From Gemmatimonadales bacterium (GTDB lineage: Bacteria > Gemmatimonadota > Gemmatimonadetes > Gemmatimonadales > GWC2-71-9): DNA of 64,000 nucleotides. The notes under the pieces were generated by a model. That model was not told the origin of the DNA. It did not search any database and saw only the letters and a list, made by a program, of their open reading frames with translations. Location of the stretch: contig JBDIWC010000003.1 in assembly GCA_039794085.1 (NCBI GenBank), positions 64,001 through 128,000 on the forward strand, read 5' to 3'. The position numbers were made by a program, and so were the translations under genes. Each line of letters starts with the position of its first letter. Position 1 is the stretch's first letter. Below are positions 20,293 through 29,480 of the stretch, in pieces.

Positions 20293-21384
20293 ATGTTCCA
20301 CCGATTGATGGCCCTCGTGTTGGCGCTCCAGGTGGTGGCGACATCCTCCACCCTGGCGCAGGCCGCTGAGCCGGGGTTCCGCGTCGGGGTGGTGAGTGAA
20401 TCCGGCGACATCGTGACCTGGTTCCGGCCGGACGGCCCGGCGCTGATCCGGGAGCGCGTGGTGCCGGTGGGAATGATGCCGGGCGACCCCGACGGGCCTC
20501 ACAATCTCGCCGTGGCGCCCGACCAGCGTTCCTATTACATCACCATCGCCCATGGCGTGCCCACCGGCTCCCTCTGGCGCTTCGATGCCGTGACGGACTC
20601 GGTGCTGGGTCGCGCCCCGGCGGACATGTATCCCACGACCATCGGTCTGACTCCCGATGGCGACTTCGCCTTCGTCGCCAACTCCGATTTCTTCGGCATC
20701 CATCCGGCCATGAATCCGGTGACGGTGGTGTACACCCCCACGATGCGAACGCTGACCTCCATTCCGGCCTGCGACATGCCGCACGGTGTGCGGGTGAATC
20801 ACGCCGGCACCCGCGTGTACGTGTCGTGCATGCATGATGACACGATCCTGGTCATCGATCCCGGAACCTTTCGCGTCACCGGACACCTCTCCCTGGACTC
20901 CGGGTCGCACACCGGGGCGGGTGACGTGCACGCCGGATCCTGCTCCCCGACCTTCGTGTCGGTGTCGGCGGATGATCGCACACTCTACGTGGCCTGCAAC
21001 GCCGCGAGTGACGTGAGAGTTGTCGACGTGGAGACGAGTCGGGTGACGGCCAGGATCGCGGTCGGAGAGGGGGCATACAACGTCGAACCGACCCGGGATG
21101 GGCTCCATCTGGTGGTGACCAACAAGAAGGGGCGCAGCGTCAGCCTGGTCGATCTGGCCTCGGCGCGGGAAACGGCGCGCATCACCACCACCAAGGGCGT
21201 GGTCCACGGTGTCGCCTTCTCGCCCGATGGCCGATACGCCTATATTTCCGCCGAGTCGGTGGGTGCCGATCCCGGATCCATCGACACGATCGACCTGAGC
21301 ACCGGCACGGTGGTGGGCACGGTGTCCGTGCCCTTTCAACCGACCGGCATCGCCATTCTCCGCTCTGCCGAGGAGACTCCCTGA
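20293..21384 (+). CDS. Exported YncE/YVTN-type beta-propeller protein
   Basis: Signal peptide; repeats PHNLAVAPD, PHGVRV, HGVAFSPDGRYAY. Confidence 0.8.
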   Translation: MFHRLMALVLALQVVATSSTLAQAAEPGFRVGVVSESGDIVTWFRPDGPALIRERVVPVGMMPGDPDGPHNLAVAPDQRSYYITIAHGVPTGSLWRFDAVTDSVLGRAPADMYPTTIGLTPDGDFAFVANSDFFGIHPAMNPVTVVYTPTMRTLTSIPACDMPHGVRVNHAGTRVYVSCMHDDTILVIDPGTFRVTGHLSLDSGSHTGAGDVHAGSCSPTFVSVSADDRTLYVACNAASDVRVVDVETSRVTARIAVGEGAYNVEPTRDGLHLVVTNKKGRSVSLVDLASARETARITTTKGVVHGVAFSPDGRYAYISAESVGADPGSIDTIDLSTGTVVGTVSVPFQPTGIAILRSAEETP

Positions 21385-21656
21385 TGGTGCACGAAACGAC
21401 CACCACCTTGGCCGCGGCCGACATCCTGGCCCGGGCCCGGCATTTCTTCGCCGAGCGGGTTCCCCATCAGGCCGCGTTCCCCGAGGCCGAGGGTCCGACC
21501 CACCTTCTGTTGCGCGGTCAGGGGGGGGAGGAGGTCGCTCTGGCGATCCTGCCCGCGGAGGATGGTGCCGTGCGGGTGCGGGCCAGCACCCTGCTCTTCG
21601 ATCAGGCCGTGGCGCGCTTCCTGTCCACTCTTCCTCCGGCGGCGGGTGCGGCATGA
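21384..21656 (+). CDS. Hypothetical protein (90 aa)
   Basis: Start and stop overlap neighbours in an operon; protein-like composition. Confidence 0.65.
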   Translation: MVHETTTTLAAADILARARHFFAERVPHQAAFPEAEGPTHLLLRGQGGEEVALAILPAEDGAVRVRASTLLFDQAVARFLSTLPPAAGAA

Positions 21657-21913
21657 CGGCCGACACCGTGACGGTCCGGGTGATGGTTCTGGAAACCTGG
21701 GACGAGATCCCCCTCACGCTCCCGCTCACCGCCACCGTGGCCGACCTGAAGCGCGAGGCCCTGGCGGCGACTCGGGCCGGGCTCCCCGCTGAGCGCTGCG
21801 AGCTCAAGTTCCGGGGAGCACTCTGCTCCGATGACGCCACCCTGGCCTCGCTGGATCTGGTTCCCGACGCCAATTTGATCGTCCTCCCCCGGCGCCGGAT
21901 CCCCGTGCGGTGA
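21653..21913 (+). CDS. Ubiquitin-like (beta-grasp) protein, possibly YukD/EsaB-like
   Basis: TVADLK...LKFRGALCSDDATLASLDLVPDANLIVLPR aligns by eye to the ubiquitin core. Confidence 0.65.
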   Translation: MTADTVTVRVMVLETWDEIPLTLPLTATVADLKREALAATRAGLPAERCELKFRGALCSDDATLASLDLVPDANLIVLPRRRIPVR

Positions 21914-22181
21914 CGGCTCCCCCCGGCCCGCGAGCCGGTGTGTCCCGCCTCCTGACAACATTCGCGATCGGGATCCTCGTTCTCGACGGTGTGCTCCTGC
22001 TGATCGCGGGGTGGGATCAGGGCCGGGTGTCTCTGATGGGAGGCGGGGCGGTGTCCCTCCTGCTGGCCGGCGCGATGCGCTGGGCCTGGAAGCGCCACCA
22101 GCGGCTCCGGGAGGAGGTGGCGCGGGAGCGACAGGCCCTGGCCGATGAGGCGCGTGAGATGCGCAACCTGCTGCGCCGGAG

Positions 22182-22185
<4 letters not shown>
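21910..22185 (+). CDS. Small two-TM membrane protein with coiled-coil tail
   Basis: Two hydrophobic helices then a charged helix; 4-nt overlaps on both sides. Confidence 0.6.
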
Positions 22186-23081
<896 letters not shown>

Positions 23082-23146
23082 ACCGGGGGACGGTATACTT
23101 CAGGCTTCGTGCGCCACGTTTTCGTCTCCCTGTCCTCCGCCCTGAG

Positions 23147-24178
23147 GTGACCGTGTCCTCCCCCCTGCGTCTCCACGCCGAGATCCTGGCCCTCCAGACC
23201 CGGCATCCCTTCATCATCGCCCGGGGAACCCACCATGAGATCCGGACCGTGCAGGTCACCCTTCGGGACGAAAACGGCCTGGAGGGCTGGGGCGAGGCCG
23301 CGCCGCAGCGGTACTACGGCGAAACGCCGGAAACGGTCCTCGCCGCGCTGGGTCGCTACGCCACGGCCCTCCCCGACGATCCCTTTGACCTGGAGGCTGC
23401 CGAGCGGAATCTGGTCCTGACCCTGGCGGGGAACCCGTCGGCGCGAGCCGCTGTGTCGATGGCGCTCCACGATCTCGTCGGAAAGCGCCTCGGTGTGCCC
23501 CTGTACCGGCTGTGGGGGCTCGATCCCGCGGCGTCCCCGGCCAGCACCTTCACCATCGGCATTGACACGGCGGAGCGGATCCGGCTCAAGATCCGCGAGG
23601 CCGCCTCCTATCCGATCCTCAAGATCAAGCTGGGTAGCGACCGGGATCACGAGATCCTCCGGACCATCCGCGACGAGACCGACCGGGAACTCCGGGTCGA
23701 TGCCAACTGCGGGTGGACGGTGAAGCAGGCGATCGCGATGCTGCCGGTGCTGGAGGACCACGGGGTGACGGTGCTGGAGCAACCCCTTCCGCCGGGTGAC
23801 CTCGAGGGGTTGGCGCGGGTGACCGCCGCCGCTCCCATGCCGGTCCTGGCCGACGAAAGCTGCCTCACGGTGGCCGACATCCCCCGCCTGGTCGGGTGCG
23901 TGGACGGGATCAACATCAAGCTCGCCAAGTGCGGGAGCCTTCGGGAGGCGCTCCGGATGGTGGCGGTGGCCCGGGCTCACGAGATGTGTGTCATGGTCGG
24001 GTGCATGGTGGAGTCGTCCATCGGCATCACCGCCGCGGCCCACCTGACCCCCTTGCTCGACTATGTGGATCTGGATGGGGCCGCGCTCCTCGCCAAGGAT
24101 CCCTTTGCCGGGGCCACGATCGAGGGGGGTGTGGTTCACCTGCCCGAGGGTCCCGGCCTCGGGGTCGTGGCGCGGTAG
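23147..24178 (+). CDS. L-Ala-D/L-Glu dipeptide epimerase (enolase superfamily)
   Basis: GWGEA, KIKLG, RVDAN, EQP, ADES, NIKLAKCG, GCMVES, DLDG; start uncertain. Confidence 0.88.
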   Translation: MTVSSPLRLHAEILALQTRHPFIIARGTHHEIRTVQVTLRDENGLEGWGEAAPQRYYGETPETVLAALGRYATALPDDPFDLEAAERNLVLTLAGNPSARAAVSMALHDLVGKRLGVPLYRLWGLDPAASPASTFTIGIDTAERIRLKIREAASYPILKIKLGSDRDHEILRTIRDETDRELRVDANCGWTVKQAIAMLPVLEDHGVTVLEQPLPPGDLEGLARVTAAAPMPVLADESCLTVADIPRLVGCVDGINIKLAKCGSLREALRMVAVARAHEMCVMVGCMVESSIGITAAAHLTPLLDYVDLDGAALLAKDPFAGATIEGGVVHLPEGPGLGVVAR

Positions 24179-24214
24179 AGTTCGCACGGCGTGGCCCGTG
24201 CCTCGAATGTCTCC

Positions 24215-26647
24215 ATGAACGCTCCCACCGGGTTTGCCAGCGTGGCCTTGCCGCTGCCGCTCGCAACGCCCTACACCTACGGGATTCCGGCCACCCTGGC
24301 CGACCGGATCGTTCCCGGGGCCCGGGTGGTGGTTCCCGTGAGAGGTCGGGAACTGGTCGGCATTGTCACCGCCCTCGGTGTGGGTGAGCCTGGTCCGGGG
24401 GTGACGGTCCGGCTGATCCTCGCCGCCCCCGATGCCGAACCGGCCCTCGCTCCTCCGCTCCTGGCCACTGCGGAGTGGATGAGTCGCTACTATGGTGCCC
24501 CGATCGGACTTACCCTGCGCGGGATGCTGCCGCGGGGGCTCTGGGGCGCGTCCCGCCTGGTCCTGGAACTCATGCCCGATCCGCCCGTCACCGGGGGCTT
24601 GGCGGGCGACCTTCTCGAGTGGCTCGCGGCACGGGAGGGTGAGGGGCTGCTCTCCAGCGCCGTCCGGACTCTCCGGAAACCGCTCTGGGACGTGGTGAAC
24701 CGGCTGGTGCGGATCGGGGCCCTCCAACTCCGCTGCGATCCGGTGGACGCCGAGCCTCGGCCTGCCACAACGCGGGTGGCGGTGATAACGGGGGAGGGGC
24801 TCACTCTCCTGGAGCGCGACGCCCTCTTCCGCCGGGCCCCGAAGCAGCGCGCCCTCTATGAGACGCTCGAACGATCGGGAGGAACCCTGGCCGTGCCCCA
24901 TCTCCTGCGGGAGGCGAGTGCAGGCCGGGGGGCCCTGAACCATCTGGTGGAGCGCGGGGTGGTGGTTCTCCGTGAGGCGGAGGTCCATCGCGATCCCTTC
25001 GAGGGGGATCCGGGAACACCACCGCCCGGTCCTCCCACGGTGGCACAGCAGACGGCGCTGGTCCGGACCCTGGCGCTCGATCCCGGCGCGGGAGCCCTCC
25101 TGTTCGGGGTCACGGGGAGTGGCAAGACTCTGGTTTATCTCGATCTGGTGCGCGCGGCCCTAGCGGAGGGGCGCGGGGCGATCCTGCTGGTGCCGGAGAT
25201 CAGTCTCACTCCCCAGACGGTCAGCCGCCTGCGGGGCGCCTTCGGCAACCAGGTGGCGGTGCTGCACAGCGGGCTCTCCGACGGGGAGCGCCTCGATGCC
25301 TGGCGGGCCCTGCGCCGTGGCGAGCGACGGGTCGCGGTGGGGGCGCGTTCGGCGATCTTTGCCCCCGTGGAGGATCCGGGCGTGATCATCATCGATGAGG
25401 AGCACGAAGCGAGCTACAAGAACGGGGAGACCCCCCGATACCATGCGCGGGACGTGGCGGCGGTCCGTGCCCGCGAGGAGGGAGCCCGGCTGGTATACGG
25501 AAGCGCCACTCCCTCCCTGGAACTCTGGGCTGCGGCGAGCGAGGGCCGGATCACCCGGGTTGACCTCCCCGATCGGATCGGCACCCGGGGCATGCCCCCC
25601 GTCGAGGTGGTCGACCTGCGGTGCGCTCCCCTGGTGCCGGGAACCGGGGCCGTGCCCTGGTCGGTCACGCTGGACGAGACGATTCATTCCGCGCTCGAGC
25701 GCGGCGAACAGGTACTCCTCCTGCTCAACCGGAGGGGGTTCGCCTCCTGGCTCCAATGCCCGTCGTGCGGGGCGGTCACCGAATGTCCCTCGTGCAGCAT
25801 CGCGCTCACCGTGCACCGGTCTCCCGAGGAGTTGCGCTGTCATTACTGCGACCATCGCGCCCCGATGCCCACCGCGTGCGCCACCTGCGGGGGAACGGTG
25901 CAACGTCAGCGGGGAGTGGGGACGCAGCAGCTTGAGGCGGTGGTCGCCGAGCGCTTTCCCACAGCCCGGATCGCCCGGATGGACCTGGACACCACGGGCC
26001 CCAAGTGGAGCCATCACCGGATTCTCGGCGCCGTGGGCCGGCGGGAGGTGGACATTCTCCTGGGGACCCAGATGATCGCCAAGGGAATAGACTTTCCCTG
26101 GGTGACCGTGGTCGGGGTGATCGATGCCGACACGTCCCTCGCCCTCCCGGATTTCCGGTCCGCCGAACGCACCTTTCAGCTGATTGCGCAGGTGGGAGGC
26201 CGGGCGGGCCGGGGTCCCGCCGGGGGACGCGTGATCGTGCAGACCCGGCAGCCGGAGCATCACGCCATCCACTGTGCCTCGCATCACGATGCGCCCGGTT
26301 TCCTGGCCGAGGAACTGTCCCAGAGGCGGATGCCACCCTATCCCCCCGTGACCTCACTCGTCCATCTGGTGATCTCGGGGCCGGTGGAGGAACGGGTGGC
26401 GGCCCGGGCCGAGGCTCTCGCGGCGTGGCTGCGCCGGATGGTCGAGCGCCATGCCCTGGAGCTCGACGTGCTGGGGCCCGCCGCCTGCCCCCTGGCGCGC
26501 ATCCGGGACCGGTGGCGGTGGCACGTGATTCTCAAGGGGACGGCGCCGGTCCTGGGGCGGATGGTGCGCGCGCTGTCCCCGCGCATCGGGAGCGAGAGGG
26601 GGGGGGTGCGGATCCAGCTCGACCGGGACCCTGTGGCGCTTTTATAG
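24215..26647 (+). CDS. priA: Primosomal protein N' (replication restart helicase)
   Basis: GVTGSGKT, LVPEISLTPQ, DEEH, SATPS, four CxxC pairs, GTQMIAKG, QVGGRAGR. Confidence 0.97.
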   Translation: MNAPTGFASVALPLPLATPYTYGIPATLADRIVPGARVVVPVRGRELVGIVTALGVGEPGPGVTVRLILAAPDAEPALAPPLLATAEWMSRYYGAPIGLTLRGMLPRGLWGASRLVLELMPDPPVTGGLAGDLLEWLAAREGEGLLSSAVRTLRKPLWDVVNRLVRIGALQLRCDPVDAEPRPATTRVAVITGEGLTLLERDALFRRAPKQRALYETLERSGGTLAVPHLLREASAGRGALNHLVERGVVVLREAEVHRDPFEGDPGTPPPGPPTVAQQTALVRTLALDPGAGALLFGVTGSGKTLVYLDLVRAALAEGRGAILLVPEISLTPQTVSRLRGAFGNQVAVLHSGLSDGERLDAWRALRRGERRVAVGARSAIFAPVEDPGVIIIDEEHEASYKNGETPRYHARDVAAVRAREEGARLVYGSATPSLELWAAASEGRITRVDLPDRIGTRGMPPVEVVDLRCAPLVPGTGAVPWSVTLDETIHSALERGEQVLLLLNRRGFASWLQCPSCGAVTECPSCSIALTVHRSPEELRCHYCDHRAPMPTACATCGGTVQRQRGVGTQQLEAVVAERFPTARIARMDLDTTGPKWSHHRILGAVGRREVDILLGTQMIAKGIDFPWVTVVGVIDADTSLALPDFRSAERTFQLIAQVGGRAGRGPAGGRVIVQTRQPEHHAIHCASHHDAPGFLAEELSQRRMPPYPPVTSLVHLVISGPVEERVAARAEALAAWLRRMVERHALELDVLGPAACPLARIRDRWRWHVILKGTAPVLGRMVRALSPRIGSERGGVRIQLDRDPVALL

Positions 26648-26706
26648 GCAAGGGCCGGGGGTGAGGGCTTCCCGTCGCTCCACGCCTCGCGCGCCAACAT
26701 CCACAT

Positions 26707-26975
26707 TTGTTGTTGGGGGGTGGAAGGGCCCCCATCCTGCCGAGGCCCGCCACGCGAGATCGGGAACCTGTCGGGGGAGCCGTCAACCCTCTGTGTCCTC
26801 CGCGTTCTCTGTGGTTCAAACCGGGGAGAGGTGGGGCTTGCACACCAGGATCCGGTCTTGGTGTTGGGGGGTGGAAGGCCCCCATCCTGCCGATGCCGCA
26901 GGTGCAAGATCCGGTGGGCACCTCGACCCCTCTGTGCTCTCTGTGTCTCCGTGGTTCAGCTATGGGGAGAGGGGG
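26707..26975. repeat. Two imperfect direct copies of an about 150-bp intergenic element with a 9-nt periodic CTCTGTG.. core
   Basis: TGTTGGGGGGTGGAAGG(G)CCCCCATCCTGCCGA at about 26711 and 26862; CCCTCTGTG...(T/C)GTGGTTCA at about 26787 and 26928. Confidence 0.75.
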
Positions 26976-28133
26976 CTAGCGTGGACTACCGCGATCGAGC
27001 CCATAGAGGATGACACGATGGAACCCCTCCGTGGGGTCGAGGAGCCGCCCGAGAATGTAGTCGTGTCCGATCTCGTATGCGGTGAACAGCGCGGGGAGCA
27101 TGACCTCGGCCACCGGGGCGCCGCCGGGCGCAAAGACGACCCACGCGGCGGTGTCGGCTGCGCCCGCGGGGTAGCGCCGGACCCAGAGGTGCTCCTCGCC
27201 ATCGACGAGAAAGTGAGTATAGGTGGGCAGGGTGGTGGGGAAATCCTTGGGCCACTCCTCGACGAGCTGCGGTTGGCGGCGGGCCGGCTTCCCCAGCGTG
27301 TCGAGCATCTTGAAGCGCGCCACGTCCGCTGCGGTGGTCCGGGGGGGCGGCTCATCCAGGCCGATGGTGCGCAGATGGCTCCCGTCGAGGCCGTAGACCT
27401 CGATGGCGAAGCTGTCGGCGGAACCCAGGTACGCGGCGTCCCGGCCCAGGGCCAGCACCGGTTCCCTTCCCAGAGGATGAGGTCCGCTGCCGTACGTGAA
27501 GACGAGTCGCTCGGAGCCGGGATGCGTCCCGAGAGTGTCCCGAATGGTACCATCGGGGTGGGAGAGCCAGTAGGGGACCTTCCACCGGACCTTCCCCAAC
27601 GTCGTCTCTGCTGACACGTTCCATCCGTTGTTCAGATACACACCGTCGGCATTGCAGTCGCTCTGGTAGGGTGCCTGCCCGGGCGTCGGACCCGCAATCG
27701 AGAAAGTGCGAGCCAGGGTGCCGTCGAGGCTGAACACGGTTATCCGCCTGGGAGCGATGTCCTGCGCATGCAGCGAGTCCCCGCAGCGGCGGAGGGCGGC
27801 GAGATAATCGAACTCGCCCGGTCCCTCACCCTTCCGACCCACGGAGCGCACGAAACGGCCTTCCGGGTCGAAGTACCGCAGGGAGGCACTCAACCGATCC
27901 GCGACCACCACCGACCCATCCGGCAAACGGGTGGCCCCGGTGACGTCCCCGAACGAGTGCAGGGTGTCCTCCTCCACGGCCCCGACATCGAAGAGAGGAC
28001 CGGGAGCGACCGTCCATCGGGTCATCATCACCCTGGAGGGGTCGGGATCACCGCCACAGGACCAGAGGAAACCGAGGGCGAGGAGAACGAACCGCCCTCG
28101 ACCGGCGAACCGCTCCCGGTGCGCGGTGCTCAC
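26976..28133 (-). CDS. 6-bladed beta-propeller lipoprotein
   Basis: Lipobox-like LWSC; VVVAD, GRKGEGPGEF, LVDGEEHLWV, YEIGHDYILG. Confidence 0.75.
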   Translation of the reverse strand: MSTAHRERFAGRGRFVLLALGFLWSCGGDPDPSRVMMTRWTVAPGPLFDVGAVEEDTLHSFGDVTGATRLPDGSVVVADRLSASLRYFDPEGRFVRSVGRKGEGPGEFDYLAALRRCGDSLHAQDIAPRRITVFSLDGTLARTFSIAGPTPGQAPYQSDCNADGVYLNNGWNVSAETTLGKVRWKVPYWLSHPDGTIRDTLGTHPGSERLVFTYGSGPHPLGREPVLALGRDAAYLGSADSFAIEVYGLDGSHLRTIGLDEPPPRTTAADVARFKMLDTLGKPARRQPQLVEEWPKDFPTTLPTYTHFLVDGEEHLWVRRYPAGAADTAAWVVFAPGGAPVAEVMLPALFTAYEIGHDYILGRLLDPTEGFHRVILYGLDRGSPR

Positions 28134-29140
28134 GAATCTTCATCCAGCGTGACGGTGCTCTCCCCCGGGTCCTGCCGAAGCGTCATGACGAAACAGGCCC
28201 CGCCCAGGGGCGAGTCGGAAATGGCAACGTCCCCCTGGTGAAGCTGGGTACATGCCACCACCGAGGAGAGTCCCAGTCCCATCCCATTGGTTTTGGTCGT
28301 GTGAAACGGTTTCAGGATGAGATCTCGCTGGTCGGCGGGGACGCCCGGCCCGGTGTCGTGCACTTCGATCGTGGCTCTCTCCCGGTCCCTGCTCAACCGG
28401 ACCTCAATGCGAGACCCGGGCCCGGCTGCCTCGGCGGCATTGATGACCAGATTCACCAGGGCGCGCTGCACGATGCTCTCATGACCACGGAACATCATCG
28501 GGTGGGCCTCGGGCTCAAACACCAGGGTCGAGGATCGCAGGCGGGGATGACGGCGGATCAGGTCCAAGCTCGTACGTACGCTGTGAACCAGATCAAACGT
28601 GGAAATTTCGCGACCGGCCCTCCGACCCCCGAGATCGAAGAGCCGCTGGTTCCAGGTACCGATTTCCTCGAGGGCCCTGGCCGTGTCGTCCGCCAGGGCT
28701 CCGGCTCTCGACCCGGCAGCGAGGTCGGACCGCAGGTCCTCGAGGGACATCACCGCCACCGTGAGGGCGTTGTTGATGTCATGGGCGATGGTGGTGGCCA
28801 CAACGCCGGCCAGGACCGCCGCTTCGCCCTGGTGCAGGGCGTGCTGCTGCCGGGCAATCTGATCCTCGTGGCGACGGATGCGTTCCAGGAGCAGGTAGTT
28901 GAACCCGAACATCACGGCGGCTGTCACGATGACGAACACCATCCCCTTGAGGATTTCCACCCGCTTCAGATCCTCCACACTCGCGGCCTGCTCTCCGGCC
29001 AGACTGGAGGAAATCACGATGTAGGCGCCCGCGATGACCAAGTAGAAGAGCGCCATGACGGCCGCGAGGCGGAGAGCGGAGGGGATCCCGCGGTGGGAAG
29101 GGAACAGATCTCCGCGGGAATCGGTGACGAGCGTGACCAT
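28130..29140 (-). CDS. Membrane sensor histidine kinase
   Basis: Two TMs; H-box AHDINNAL, N-box NLVINA, G1 DTGPG, F/G2 PFHTTK..GMGLGL. Confidence 0.92.
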   Translation of the reverse strand: MVTLVTDSRGDLFPSHRGIPSALRLAAVMALFYLVIAGAYIVISSSLAGEQAASVEDLKRVEILKGMVFVIVTAAVMFGFNYLLLERIRRHEDQIARQQHALHQGEAAVLAGVVATTIAHDINNALTVAVMSLEDLRSDLAAGSRAGALADDTARALEEIGTWNQRLFDLGGRRAGREISTFDLVHSVRTSLDLIRRHPRLRSSTLVFEPEAHPMMFRGHESIVQRALVNLVINAAEAAGPGSRIEVRLSRDRERATIEVHDTGPGVPADQRDLILKPFHTTKTNGMGLGLSSVVACTQLHQGDVAISDSPLGGACFVMTLRQDPGESTVTLDEDS

Positions 29141-29243
29141 GTATCTCCTACGAGGACGTGGCGAAGGGGTGGTCCGGGAGAGGTCCGATGAAAACCCTCC
29201 CCTTTCAAGAAGATGAGACTCAGTTCAAGATGATGCAAGGGTA

Positions 29244-29358
29244 GGGTGTTGGGTGTTGGGTATTGGGTACTGGGTATTGGGTACTGGGTATTGGGTGCTG
29301 GGTATTGGGTACCATTGGGTCCTGGGTATTACTGGGTATTGGGTATTGGGTCCTGGGG
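29244..29358 (+). repeat. 7-nt tandem array (GGGTATT/GGGTACT/GGGTGTT), 16 GGG tracts
   Basis: Read directly; period 7 with two 3-nt insertions. Confidence 0.9.
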
Positions 29359-29383
29359 ACCCCTGCGGGGTCCTCGCGATGAC
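29356..29383 (-). repeat. Partial GTCATCGCGAGG-family REP copy
   Basis: Reverse complement GTCATCGCGAGGACCCCGCAGGGGTCC. Confidence 0.75.
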
Positions 29384-29423
29384 ATCACGGGTGGCACCGG
29401 ACGCCCGACATTTCCACGCCCTA

Positions 29424-29480
29424 CGTCCTGTGTCCTGTGTCCTGTGTCCTATTCCCTATTCTCTACTCCCCACTCCCCGC
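29424..29480 (+). repeat. 7-nt arrays (TCCTGTG)n then TATTCCC/TACTCCC, overlapping the TonB receptor stop
   Basis: Read directly. Confidence 0.75.
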
